Positions 45,290-54,670 of a DNA stretch of 64,000 nt are shown here, piece by piece. The notes beneath the pieces are model-generated. The model was not told the origin of the DNA. It saw only the letters and a list, made by a program, of their open reading frames with translations, and did not search any database. Origin of the DNA: Spirochaetia bacterium (lineage in GTDB: Bacteria > Spirochaetota > Spirochaetia > DSM-2461). Each line of letters begins with the position of its first letter. Within the stretch, counting starts at the first letter, position 1. The DNA lies in NCBI GenBank assembly GCA_963668315.1, contig OY764216.1, positions 384,001 to 448,000 of the forward strand. The letters run 5' to 3'. The position numbers were made by a program, and so were the translations under genes.

Positions 45290-46069
45290 TTGGCCTATAG
45301 GAAATTTTACCACGTCATCGTGAAATTTATCTCCTTTCTGTTTTTCGGGCTCGGAGGACTGGTATTCACCACGCTTATCATCCCCCCCCTGCTCCTTTTC
45401 GTTCACCCCAAGACAAGAAGGACGAAGATCCTCCGCCTCCTGTGCAGCAAAGCCTTTGCCCTGTTCATCTCCTTTATGTCCGTCACGGGGGTCATCCGGG
45501 TGAAGAAGAGGGACATGGATCTCCTCCGTGAAAAAAAGTCCTGCCTCGTCTGCGCCAATCACCCCTCCCTGCTGGATGTGGTTCTTCTCATAAGCCTGAT
45601 ACCCCATGCCGACTGCATCGTGAAATCGGAGCACTGGAAGAACCCCTTCCTGCGGCTGACCCTGGCATCCATCTATATCCCCAACTCTCTGAGCGTCGAT
45701 AAAACAATCGATTTGTGCCGGAAATCCCTGGACCAGGGTAATAATATCATCCTCTTTCCCGAAGGAACGAGAACCGTCACGGGAACAGACCCCAGTTTCA
45801 AAAGAAGCGCGGCGCAGATAGCCCTTCGCACCAAGAGCGATATAATTGCTTTACACATAGAGTGTAGCGAGGATTCGGGCCTGGGAAAAAGGGAGAAACT
45901 CTGGAATGCCCCCACCGAGGGAGTCATCAATTATGAGCTTCAGATCATGGATGTGCTTCAAGCCGGGAATTATGAGGGGAAACCTATATCTATAGCAGCA
46001 AGACAATTGACTAATGACCTTAAATCCTCTATCTTTGCAAAACGTCAAAAAATAGAGGAAAACAAATGA
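45290..46069 (+). CDS. PlsC-family acyltransferase (ApeD-like)
   Basis: NHPSLLD (HX4D) and FPEGTR. Confidence 0.9.
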   Translation: MAYRKFYHVIVKFISFLFFGLGGLVFTTLIIPPLLLFVHPKTRRTKILRLLCSKAFALFISFMSVTGVIRVKKRDMDLLREKKSCLVCANHPSLLDVVLLISLIPHADCIVKSEHWKNPFLRLTLASIYIPNSLSVDKTIDLCRKSLDQGNNIILFPEGTRTVTGTDPSFKRSAAQIALRTKSDIIALHIECSEDSGLGKREKLWNAPTEGVINYELQIMDVLQAGNYEGKPISIAARQLTNDLKSSIFAKRQKIEENK

Positions 46070-46323
46070 ATAATTTAGAGAACGAACTCAAACAGCTGGT
46101 TATTGACGCCCTGGATCTGGAAGACGTATCCGTGGAAGATATATCCAGCGACGGAGCCCTCTTCGGTGATGATCTCGGCCTTGATTCCATCGATGCCCTG
46201 GAGCTGGGAATTGCCATCAAGAAGAAGTATGATTTAACTCTTTCTGCGGAAGATGAGGATAACAGGAAACACTTTTATTCCATTAATTCCCTGAAGAATT
46301 TTATTGAAGAAAGCAGGGCATAG
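46066..46323 (+). CDS. Acyl carrier protein (ApeE-like)
   Basis: LGLDSIDALEL. Confidence 0.92.
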   Translation: MNNLENELKQLVIDALDLEDVSVEDISSDGALFGDDLGLDSIDALELGIAIKKKYDLTLSAEDEDNRKHFYSINSLKNFIEESRA

Positions 46324-46336
46324 GGGAGAGAGAAAA

Positions 46337-46588
46337 TTGAATAGAGAAGATATTTTTAAAAAAGTACAGGAGATTCTCAACGAAACCTTTGAGATTCCCC
46401 TTGAAGATATCAAGGGAGACGCCCTGATTCAGGATGATCTGGATCTGGACAGCATCGACGCGGTGGATCTTATTGTCAAACTGCAGAAATTCACCGATAA
46501 GAATATCGATCCGGCCGAATTCAAACAGGTCAGAACGATAGACGACGTGGTCACAGCCATAGAGAAATTATTCGTAGAGCCCTCCTGA
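46337..46588 (+). CDS. Acyl carrier protein (ApeF-like)
   Basis: LDLDSIDAVDL...FKQVRT; TTG start after a purine-rich SD. Confidence 0.92.
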   Translation: MNREDIFKKVQEILNETFEIPLEDIKGDALIQDDLDLDSIDAVDLIVKLQKFTDKNIDPAEFKQVRTIDDVVTAIEKLFVEPS

Positions 46589-46598
46589 TTTTTACCGT

Positions 46599-47198
46599 AT
46601 GAAAGGGTTCTTAAAAATACTGACATTTGTCCTGACGATTCTGTATCCTCTTATCGTTTTTCTGCTTTTGTGGAAATTTCATGTCAGTTCCCGAATCCTG
46701 GCGTTCTTCCTGCTGACCATGGCAACGGTTTTTTTCCTGTCCAACAGCAGCGACATCAAACAGAAAGGAATGAAAAGGCTTCAGTTCTGGGGGATGGCGA
46801 CCATCTCTGTATTACTGGCTCTTATGACTTTTCTGACCGAAGACGCGGGATTCGTCAAGCTCTATCCCATCTCGATGAATGTTTTCCTGCTTCTGAGCTT
46901 CGGATCGACCCTTTTCATACCGCCCACAATGATTTTTCGCTTCGCCTCATTACAGGATAAAACGATCGAGGAACGTCCCTATATCGAGAAAATAAGGGGT
47001 TACTGCCGGAGGGTAACCGTCATATGGTGCCTTTTTTTCATTGCCAACGGATCGGTCTCACTCATGACCGCCCTGTGGGGAAGCGATTTTCTCTGGACGG
47101 TCTATAACGGAATGATCTCCTATATCCTTATGGGGATTTTATTTGTCGGAGAGTGGATCATCAGAAAGAGAACGGAGAAAAAATGGAGTTCCACTTAG
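46599..47198 (+). CDS. COG4648-type membrane protein (ApeG-like)
   Basis: LYP, FGSTL..PPTMI.RFA, YCRRVT.IWC.FF..NG, W..YNG.ISY. Confidence 0.85.
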   Translation: MKGFLKILTFVLTILYPLIVFLLLWKFHVSSRILAFFLLTMATVFFLSNSSDIKQKGMKRLQFWGMATISVLLALMTFLTEDAGFVKLYPISMNVFLLLSFGSTLFIPPTMIFRFASLQDKTIEERPYIEKIRGYCRRVTVIWCLFFIANGSVSLMTALWGSDFLWTVYNGMISYILMGILFVGEWIIRKRTEKKWSST

Positions 47199-48868
47199 AT
47201 TTCCCCTACCTTGAACATCTATGGAAGGATTCGGCACGTCCCCTTGTTCAGGGCACAGCCCCTCTGTACTGGAAAGATTTCCTGGCCCTTAACCGGGGCC
47301 TGTGCCTCTATCTGCAATCCCGTCCGGAGAAGGACTGGTACCTTTTTACTGAAGAGTCCGATACTTTTCTGCTTGGCTTTCTGGCCCTGTGGCTGAGCTC
47401 GAAAAACATCCACATCATGGGCAAAGCGCCGGGAGACAGAAAATTTCCCCTGCTTACCGATACGGCCGGAACGCCGGAAAACATACCCGTTCTGGCTGAA
47501 AGGTGGTCAAAGCTGGAGGGGAACCCCGGATACACACGGAACGAAGAGGACAGGGTCATATTCTACACATCCGGGTCAACGGGGATTCCCAAACTGATTG
47601 AGAAAAATCCGTCCCAGCTGGAAATTGAAGTAAGAACGCTGATAGAGCGCTTCTCCGATGAACTTTCCGGGGATGTCACCGTTTATTCGACGGTGCCTCT
47701 CCTGCATTTTTACGGCAACATTTTCGCCTTTCTGCTGCCCCTGCTCTCAGGCGTGCCCCTTTACAGCCGCCGCGTACAGTTCCAGGAGAGTCTCTCAACC
47801 CTTGAAGAAGGAAAGAAACTTCTTATTACCAGTCCGGCTTTCCTCAAAAGGCTGGATGCGGAGTATCCCGCCCCCGGGAACGGGGAGTTTATTCTTTTCT
47901 CCGCCGGCGGATTTCTCCCCGGGGAAACGGCGCAGAAAGCATACCGTATATTTCATACCGAGATACGGGAAATATACGGCAGCACCGAGACGGGGAGCAT
48001 AGGCTGGAGACTTCAGCCGACAGAGAAGGAGTGGCACCTTTTCCCGCCCCACACACTGGAAATAGACGAGGACGGGGCCTTCCTGCAATCCCCCTATCTT
48101 CCCCACAGCTCACGGGACAGGCTGGACGACCGGCTTGAATGGACAGGAGACAGAATGTTCCGCCTTCTGGGCCGGAATGATTCGGTTGTGAAGGTGGAAG
48201 AAAAAAGAGTGGCCCTGAACGATATGGAACAGAGACTGATAGAGCACCCCTGGGTCTCGGACTGCCTGATTCTTTTCTTTCAGGGAAAACGGCAGTACCT
48301 GGGAGCCGTCGTCTCCCTGGAAAAAGGCCGGAGGGAAGAGTGGGGCTCTCTGTCGAAAAGGGAGTTAAATAAAACGCTGCGCCTCCATTTGGGTCCCCAT
48401 TTCTCTGCCACCGTATTACCAAAAAAATGGCGCTACCCCGATGAAATACCGAGGAATTCGATGGGAAAAGTAGAAAAAGAAGCCGCCCTCTCTCTTTTTG
48501 AGAACACGGCGGAAGAGCTGTGCGGCCAGCCGGTCGTACTGCATAAGGAAAGAGAAGATTACAACTGGAAATACACCCTTGTTTTTCCGGAGAACTACCG
48601 TTATTTCGACGGCCATTTTCCGGAACTGAAGATTCTTCCCGCCCTGGCGCAGATTCACTGGATTCTTCTGGAACTGGGCCGTGAGCTGGACAGAAAGATC
48701 ACCCTGGCCGGCATTCCCCGCATCAAGTTCAAGAACCCGGTTTTCCCGGAAAAGCAGGTGGATGTGACTTTCGGTTACAACGAAGAGAAACAGCTTGTGT
48801 CCTATACCATCCGGGAAGGAAAGGAAGTCTGTTCTTCGGGGAAGATCCGTCTCGGCGGAGGTGAATGA
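47183..48868 (+). CDS. Acyl/aryl-ACP synthetase (ApeH-like) fused to a hot-dog dehydratase (ApeI-like)
   Basis: YTSGSTGIPK, YGSTETG, GRND..VKVEEKRV, P.NSMGK, then FDGHFP..KILPA. Confidence 0.88.
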   Translation: MEFHLDFPYLEHLWKDSARPLVQGTAPLYWKDFLALNRGLCLYLQSRPEKDWYLFTEESDTFLLGFLALWLSSKNIHIMGKAPGDRKFPLLTDTAGTPENIPVLAERWSKLEGNPGYTRNEEDRVIFYTSGSTGIPKLIEKNPSQLEIEVRTLIERFSDELSGDVTVYSTVPLLHFYGNIFAFLLPLLSGVPLYSRRVQFQESLSTLEEGKKLLITSPAFLKRLDAEYPAPGNGEFILFSAGGFLPGETAQKAYRIFHTEIREIYGSTETGSIGWRLQPTEKEWHLFPPHTLEIDEDGAFLQSPYLPHSSRDRLDDRLEWTGDRMFRLLGRNDSVVKVEEKRVALNDMEQRLIEHPWVSDCLILFFQGKRQYLGAVVSLEKGRREEWGSLSKRELNKTLRLHLGPHFSATVLPKKWRYPDEIPRNSMGKVEKEAALSLFENTAEELCGQPVVLHKEREDYNWKYTLVFPENYRYFDGHFPELKILPALAQIHWILLELGRELDRKITLAGIPRIKFKNPVFPEKQVDVTFGYNEEKQLVSYTIREGKEVCSSGKIRLGGGE

Positions 48869-49635
48869 TGAAGGATAGCTATAGGCCCTGCGCGGTCATT
48901 CCCGTTTACAATCACGGCTCCACGGTCCGCGCGGTGGTCAACTCCTTGAAACCCTACGGCCTTTCCGCCGTTCTTGTCGATGACGGAAGCGAACGGGCGA
49001 CGGCGGAGGAACTGGAAAGAACCGTCCGGGAGATTGAGGGATGCCACCTTTTTACCCTGCCCCGTAATCAGGGAAAGGGCGGCGCGGTCATGAAGGGCCT
49101 CCTCGAAGCGGAGAACCTGGGATTCACCCATGCCCTCCAGGTGGACGCCGACGGACAGCACGATGTTTCCGACGTGGAGAAGTTCCTGGACCTCTCCCGG
49201 CAGTATCCCGACAACCTGATCGCCGGTTATCCCGTTTATGACGAAACGGTGCCCACCGCCAGAAAGGTGGGACGGAAGCTGACCACCTTCATGGTCCATC
49301 TGGAGACCCTCTCCCGGGACATCGTGGACGCCATGTGCGGATTCCGCCTCTATCCCCTGGCGGAGAGCTGCCGGCTGATCAGAAAAGCCTCTCTGGGCAA
49401 ACGGATGGAATTCGATATTCAGTACCTTGTGAAACTCCACTGGCAGGGAGTGGCTATGCGCTTTCTCCCCGTGAGGGTCATCTACCCCGAGGGGGGTATT
49501 TCGCACTTCCGGATGTTCAGAGACAACGCGATGATCAGCAAAATGCATACGCTCCTTGTTATCGGGATGGTCCTGCGTTTTCCCTCCCTTCTGATAAAAA
49601 ACCACCGGCGCAAGAAGAACGGAGCAGCCCGGTGA
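48865..49635 (+). CDS. GT2 glycosyltransferase (N-terminal half of ApeJ-like)
   Basis: IPVYNH, VDDGS, NQGKGGA, DADGQH, CGFRLYP. Confidence 0.9.
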   Translation: MMKDSYRPCAVIPVYNHGSTVRAVVNSLKPYGLSAVLVDDGSERATAEELERTVREIEGCHLFTLPRNQGKGGAVMKGLLEAENLGFTHALQVDADGQHDVSDVEKFLDLSRQYPDNLIAGYPVYDETVPTARKVGRKLTTFMVHLETLSRDIVDAMCGFRLYPLAESCRLIRKASLGKRMEFDIQYLVKLHWQGVAMRFLPVRVIYPEGGISHFRMFRDNAMISKMHTLLVIGMVLRFPSLLIKNHRRKKNGAAR

Positions 49636-50597
49636 AGGAGAAGCACTGGTCGGAGTACAAGGAAAAGGGCGGCTCTATCTGGCATATGAAACTGCTTTTC
49701 AGCCTTTACAGGCTGCTGGGCAAGGGATTTTTTCAGATTCTGCTTCATCCGGTCGTCTTTTTCTTTTATCTCTGTTCCCCCCGCACGCGGCGGATAAGCC
49801 GGGCGTACCTGTCCCGGGTCCACAGCGTTTCCGGGGACGGCGGGGAAGTGAAATCCTCCGAGATCTACCGCCATATCTTCAGCTTCTCCTACTCCCTTCT
49901 GGAGAAGCTCTCCGCCTGGGCGGGGGATATGCATTCGAGCGGCATGAAGGAGATGACCCCGGGAGTGAAGCAGCTGAAAGAGCAGCTGAGCCGCAAGGAA
50001 GGGGCCGTCATCATCGGGTCCCACCTGGGCAATATGGAGATGCTCCGCGCCTTCGCCAGCCTCGAGACGGGAGACTACCTGCCCCCCTTCGGTATTCACT
50101 CCATCGTCGATTTCTCGGGAACCGCCAAGTTCAATCAGCTTCTCAAAGAGATTAATCCCGAATCCATGGTTCATCTGGTCAACGCCAGCGACATCAGCGC
50201 CGATAGGATAATCAGCCTGCAGCAGGCCATCGAACAGGGTGACCTTGTCATTATAGCGGGGGACAGAACGGCGAAAAACAACCGGATGAAAAACACCTGT
50301 GTCAGCTTTCTGGGGGATGAGGCTTATTTTCCCCAGGGGGCCTTTACCATGGCGACTCTGCTGGAAGGTTCCATCTACTATATGTTCGCCCTGCGGTCGG
50401 ACGACAGAGATCTGAACAGCCCCTACGAGTTCCATGTCTACCCGTCGGAACATCCCCTGGGCAAATCGCGCAGGGAAAGGAAAAAGATCCTTCAGAACCT
50501 GACCGAAGAATTTGTCGGCCACCTGGAGAAGCTGTGCCTGGCCCACCCCAGCCAGTGGTTTAACTTTTACGATTTCTGGGAAAAGCGGGACAGCTGA
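49632..50597 (+). CDS. LpxL-family acyltransferase (C-terminal half of ApeJ-like)
   Basis: SHLGNME, GDR, FLG..A.FPQG, QWFNFYDFW; GTG start overlaps the previous stop. Confidence 0.87.
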   Translation: MKEKHWSEYKEKGGSIWHMKLLFSLYRLLGKGFFQILLHPVVFFFYLCSPRTRRISRAYLSRVHSVSGDGGEVKSSEIYRHIFSFSYSLLEKLSAWAGDMHSSGMKEMTPGVKQLKEQLSRKEGAVIIGSHLGNMEMLRAFASLETGDYLPPFGIHSIVDFSGTAKFNQLLKEINPESMVHLVNASDISADRIISLQQAIEQGDLVIIAGDRTAKNNRMKNTCVSFLGDEAYFPQGAFTMATLLEGSIYYMFALRSDDRDLNSPYEFHVYPSEHPLGKSRRERKKILQNLTEEFVGHLEKLCLAHPSQWFNFYDFWEKRDS

Positions 50598-50622
50598 CCC
50601 CTCAGGGGAAAGGAATTGACTT

Positions 50623-51051
50623 ATGAAGAACAAAATATTCGTTGAAATCGACCTGAAAGCGGAATTTTACGATGTGGATTCCATGAACATCGTTTGGCAC
50701 GGCAATTATGTCAAATATTACGAACAGGCCCGCTGTGCCCTTCTGGACATGATAGGCTATAATTATAACGACATGAGGGAGAGCGGCTATGCCTGGCCGG
50801 TGGTCACCATATCGTGCAAGTATATCAAACCCCTGGAATTCAGGCAGACCTTCGTGATCAGGGCGACTCTGGAAGAGTACGAAAACCGCCTGAAAATCTC
50901 CTATCTGATTTACGACAGGGAGACGGGGGCAAAGATCCACAAGGGAAGCAGCACCCAGATGGCGGTGGATATGGAAACGGGAAACAGCCTCTTCGTCTCC
51001 CCGCCCGAGCTGATTGACAGGATCAGGCCGCTTCTGGAGGATGATAAATGA
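50623..51051 (+). CDS. Acyl-CoA thioesterase, 4HBT-like (ApeK-like)
   Basis: FYDVDSMNIVWHGNYVKY. Confidence 0.9.
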   Translation: MKNKIFVEIDLKAEFYDVDSMNIVWHGNYVKYYEQARCALLDMIGYNYNDMRESGYAWPVVTISCKYIKPLEFRQTFVIRATLEEYENRLKISYLIYDRETGAKIHKGSSTQMAVDMETGNSLFVSPPELIDRIRPLLEDDK

Positions 51052-51686
51052 GATATTTCCCCTGCTTTGCCCTCCTGGCTCTGCTTCTTCTGCCCCTCTC
51101 GGCGGAGGATATCTTCGACTACCCCCTCACGGAACAGACACGTCCCTCCCTGGAGGCCCTTTTCGGAGAGCTCTCCTCCCATGAAATCATCCGGTCCCCC
51201 TATATTCAGAGGAAAACCATTTCGGCTCTGAACCGGGACATAACCAGCTCGGGTCTATTCCTCTTTCACAAGGACAAGGGGCTCGCCTGGATGGTGAGCG
51301 ATCCTTTTCCCATGAATATCGTACTCAACGAAAATGAGATGATACAGCAGATACCCGGCGGGACGAGCCAGAGTCTTTCCTTCGCGGACAATCCCAGTTT
51401 TGCCGGATTCTCCGGGACGGTTCAATCCATTTTCCTCGGAGAGATGGAGACGGTCGAGAAGAACTACGAGATTTTCTATCATGAAGCCGCCGGAAAATGG
51501 CTCCTTGCCCTGAAACCCCTGGATAAAACCCTCTATTCCGTTGTCGACTATTTCCTTCTGGAAGGGAGCGGTACAATAGAGTCGTTCCTTATAGCCGAAC
51601 CCCGGGGAGACAAAATAACCTACGCCTTTGACGATCTGGAATATCCCGAATCCCTGACCGGGGAAGAAAGCCATGTCTTTCCCTAA
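51048..51686 (+). CDS. LolA-like carrier protein (ApeL-like)
   Basis: Signal peptide; Q.K.I..L...I.SSG.F...GL.W....PF pattern; ends EPRGDKI. Confidence 0.78.
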   Translation: MRYFPCFALLALLLLPLSAEDIFDYPLTEQTRPSLEALFGELSSHEIIRSPYIQRKTISALNRDITSSGLFLFHKDKGLAWMVSDPFPMNIVLNENEMIQQIPGGTSQSLSFADNPSFAGFSGTVQSIFLGEMETVEKNYEIFYHEAAGKWLLALKPLDKTLYSVVDYFLLEGSGTIESFLIAEPRGDKITYAFDDLEYPESLTGEESHVFP

Positions 51687-54021
51687 AATAGCCAGGGGTC
51701 CCGCTGCCCTGTGGGCTGCGGCCCATCTTCTGCTGCTCCTCGGTTTTCTCCTGAAAGGGGGAATCTCCCTAAGTACGAATTTGTACGAGATTCTTCCCGA
51801 TACGAACAGCAACCGGAACCTGTCGGCCGTGGAAAACATCCTGACCGGCCGGCTCAACAGCAAAGTGAACATCCTCATAGGAACCCCGGATTTTGAATCG
51901 ACCGAGAAGGAAGCGCTGGCCATGGGGGATTTTCTCTGCCGGACCGGCGGATTCAAGGACATCCGGGTGCAGATGGACAGCAATTACTTTCAGGTTTTTC
52001 AGGATTTTCTCTTTGCCCACCGCTACCACTACCTCTCCCCCTCCGTGAAAGAGGCCCTCGGGCAGAATAATATCGAAGCCCTCAGGCAGAATTTCTATTT
52101 TCAGCTGAGCAGTCCCTTTTCCATGGCCGATCTGTCCCGCCTGGAGGAGGATCCCTTTCTTCTCTCCTCGTCCCATCTTCAGGATTTCCTGAACTCTTCC
52201 CTGCTCTCTTCGAGCGCCATGTCCGTCAGGGGCTCCTTTCTTTACCGGGAGCACGGGGACAGACATTGGATCCTCATAACGGCGTCCACCGATCAGTCCG
52301 GTTCGGAAGTCAGCATCAAGGAAAATCCCCTGGCCCGCCTGCTGGCCTATAGGGAAACCCGAATGGAAGACGGCGGGGACGGCCTGGCGATCGTCTATTC
52401 CGGAGTTCCCGTCCACTCCTACCTGGCCGCCCGTCAGTCGCAGAGGGAGATATCCCTCCTGAGCACCCTTTCCACGGTCTTCATCGTATTGCTGATTCTG
52501 GTCGTCTTCCGTTCCTTTCTTCCCCTGGGAGCCACGTTTTTTTCCATTGCCGTGGGCATTCTCTCCGGACTGACCGCGGTCTCCCTCGTCTTCAGGGACG
52601 TTCATATCTTCACGATTGTCTTCGGAACCAGTCTCATAGGTATAACGGTGGATTACTCCTTCCACTACTTCACCCACTGGGCCGAGAAGAGCCGCGGGGG
52701 AAGGGAGATACGTAAGGATGTTCTCCCGGGAATCACCGTCGGCCTGATTACCACCGTTATCAGCTACAGCGCCTTTTTCTTCTGTCCCTTCCCCCTGATG
52801 CGCCAGATGGCCCTTTTTTCCCTATGCGGGCTGGGAAGCGTATTTCTTTCCACGACATTGCTTTATCCCTTTCTTCCTCCCTCCCCCGAAAAAACGGTCG
52901 GGGCGGCGGGGAAGGCCCTTTCTCTGGCGGAAAAACTCTTTCGCGGCTCATCCCGGCTCCCGCAGATTTTCCGCTGGGCACTCCTGATCCTGATCGCGAT
53001 TTTTCTGATTCCAGCCATTCCCCGCATCGATATCCATAATTCCGTGAGCGACTACTACACCATGAGCCCCCAGATGATGGAGTGGGAAAAAACGTCCGCG
53101 GAGGTTATCGATTCCCGGACCACCGGCGTGTACCTGACCATTGAAGGAAAGGACCGGGAAGAGTGCCTTGAAAAGGCCGGCCGGATAGAAAAGGACCTGG
53201 AAGATTTCGTCGCGAACGATACCCTGGGGAATTACATAAGCCTTTCCCGCTTCCTGCCTTCCCGGAAAGAGCAGGACGCCGGTTATGATCTCGTCAAAAC
53301 CCGAATGGCTCCCCATGTGAAAAGCCAGTTCGACAGCCTGGGGTTTCCCGCCGGTTCTTACGAAAGCTGGGAGAAGGATTTCGCGTCCCGGGAAAAGGAT
53401 TATCTGACATGGACCGACCTGCAGGATCTTCCCCTTACCGAACTATGGGACACTCTGGAAATGGGCGAAACCGGCGGACGGCACTATATAAATGTGCTGC
53501 TTTTTGATATCAAAGATGCGGGCAGCATCAAGGCATGGGCCGATGATCAGAGCGGAATCTACCTGATGAACAAGATCGGCGAGACCAACGAGACCCTGGA
53601 AAAGCTGAGCCGCCTCTCCATTATCATCATCGGCCTCTCCTACCTGCTGATTTTCCTGCTCCTCCTCATCCGGTACTCCCCAAAAAAAGCCTTATCCACG
53701 GTGTTTATCCCCCTCATGGCCAGCCTGATCGCGCTCAATACGGTCGCCCTGACGGGACGTTCGGTCAACCTTTTCGTGATCGTGGGGCTTATCCTGATTC
53801 CGGGAATGGGAAGCGACTATCTCATTCTTCTGAATGAGCGCCGCAAGACGGAGTCCTCCGTGTACCTTTCCATTATCATGAGCCTCTCTACGACCCTTCT
53901 GGCCTTCGCCCTTCTGGGAACCACGACACTGGCAGGAGGATTCGGCATAACCGTGGCGGCGGGGCTGCTCAGCACTTTTCTGCTGACACTCTTTCTGGGC
54001 CCCCTGTTTGAGGAGCCCTGA
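51673..54021 (+). CDS. MMPL/RND-type exporter (ApeM-like)
   Basis: Two TM bundles with FGTSLIGITVDY and GMGSDY motifs. Confidence 0.85.
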   Translation: MSFPKIARGPAALWAAAHLLLLLGFLLKGGISLSTNLYEILPDTNSNRNLSAVENILTGRLNSKVNILIGTPDFESTEKEALAMGDFLCRTGGFKDIRVQMDSNYFQVFQDFLFAHRYHYLSPSVKEALGQNNIEALRQNFYFQLSSPFSMADLSRLEEDPFLLSSSHLQDFLNSSLLSSSAMSVRGSFLYREHGDRHWILITASTDQSGSEVSIKENPLARLLAYRETRMEDGGDGLAIVYSGVPVHSYLAARQSQREISLLSTLSTVFIVLLILVVFRSFLPLGATFFSIAVGILSGLTAVSLVFRDVHIFTIVFGTSLIGITVDYSFHYFTHWAEKSRGGREIRKDVLPGITVGLITTVISYSAFFFCPFPLMRQMALFSLCGLGSVFLSTTLLYPFLPPSPEKTVGAAGKALSLAEKLFRGSSRLPQIFRWALLILIAIFLIPAIPRIDIHNSVSDYYTMSPQMMEWEKTSAEVIDSRTTGVYLTIEGKDREECLEKAGRIEKDLEDFVANDTLGNYISLSRFLPSRKEQDAGYDLVKTRMAPHVKSQFDSLGFPAGSYESWEKDFASREKDYLTWTDLQDLPLTELWDTLEMGETGGRHYINVLLFDIKDAGSIKAWADDQSGIYLMNKIGETNETLEKLSRLSIIIIGLSYLLIFLLLLIRYSPKKALSTVFIPLMASLIALNTVALTGRSVNLFVIVGLILIPGMGSDYLILLNERRKTESSVYLSIIMSLSTTLLAFALLGTTTLAGGFGITVAAGLLSTFLLTLFLGPLFEEP

Positions 54022-54034
54022 CCGGGCGGTTCTA

Positions 54035-54064
54035 TTGATAGCCCGCAGACAATTCCTGTATAAT
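54035..54064 (+). promoter_or_regulatory. Internal sigma70 promoter before the last five cluster genes
   Basis: TTGATA-N18-TATAAT in the largest intergenic gap of the cluster. Confidence 0.5.
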
Positions 54065-54079
54065 ACGAAACACGTCATA

Positions 54080-54670
54080 ATGAATAGCATGAAAAATAAA
54101 ATAGTAAAAATCATTGGCTCTCTTTTTCTCCTTGCGTTTCTGTCCTGCCGGACGACCGGAACCCTGACGGAGGAGAATCGCCTATATATCACAGACGAGG
54201 TCACCATCAACCTTCTCGCCCCATCCACCCTGGATAAGACCTACGTTCAACAGCAGATTATTCACGGATCCCACGGGGATGACGAGTACACCATCATGGC
54301 TTTTGTCGAAATGGACGGAACCTCATTGGACATTGCCGGCATGACCCCGATTGGCACCTCCCTGTTCGACCTCCATTACGACTCCGCGGGAATCACCTTT
54401 TCCGCCTCGGGACTCTTTCCCGAAGAGACGGCCCTGTACCTGCTGGGAGATTTCCAGCTGAGCTATTACCCCGGGGGGGAAGTCGAAAGGGAAATAAGAC
54501 GGGCCGGGCTTGATTTTGAAGAAGAGATAACGGCTGAAGGCTGGACACGGCGCATCAGAGATCCCCGGGGGGAATTGATTATTGAGATCATCCGCAGGGG
54601 AAACCGACTGGATTATCACAACTATCTGAGAGATTACCGATACGAGATCGAGGAGAAGGATATCTCATGA
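54080..54670 (+). CDS. DUF3261-like lipoprotein (ApeN-like)
   Basis: Lipobox FLSC; L.D.QL.YYP motif; position between the MMPL and KS genes. Confidence 0.72.
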   Translation: MNSMKNKIVKIIGSLFLLAFLSCRTTGTLTEENRLYITDEVTINLLAPSTLDKTYVQQQIIHGSHGDDEYTIMAFVEMDGTSLDIAGMTPIGTSLFDLHYDSAGITFSASGLFPEETALYLLGDFQLSYYPGGEVEREIRRAGLDFEEEITAEGWTRRIRDPRGELIIEIIRRGNRLDYHNYLRDYRYEIEEKDIS

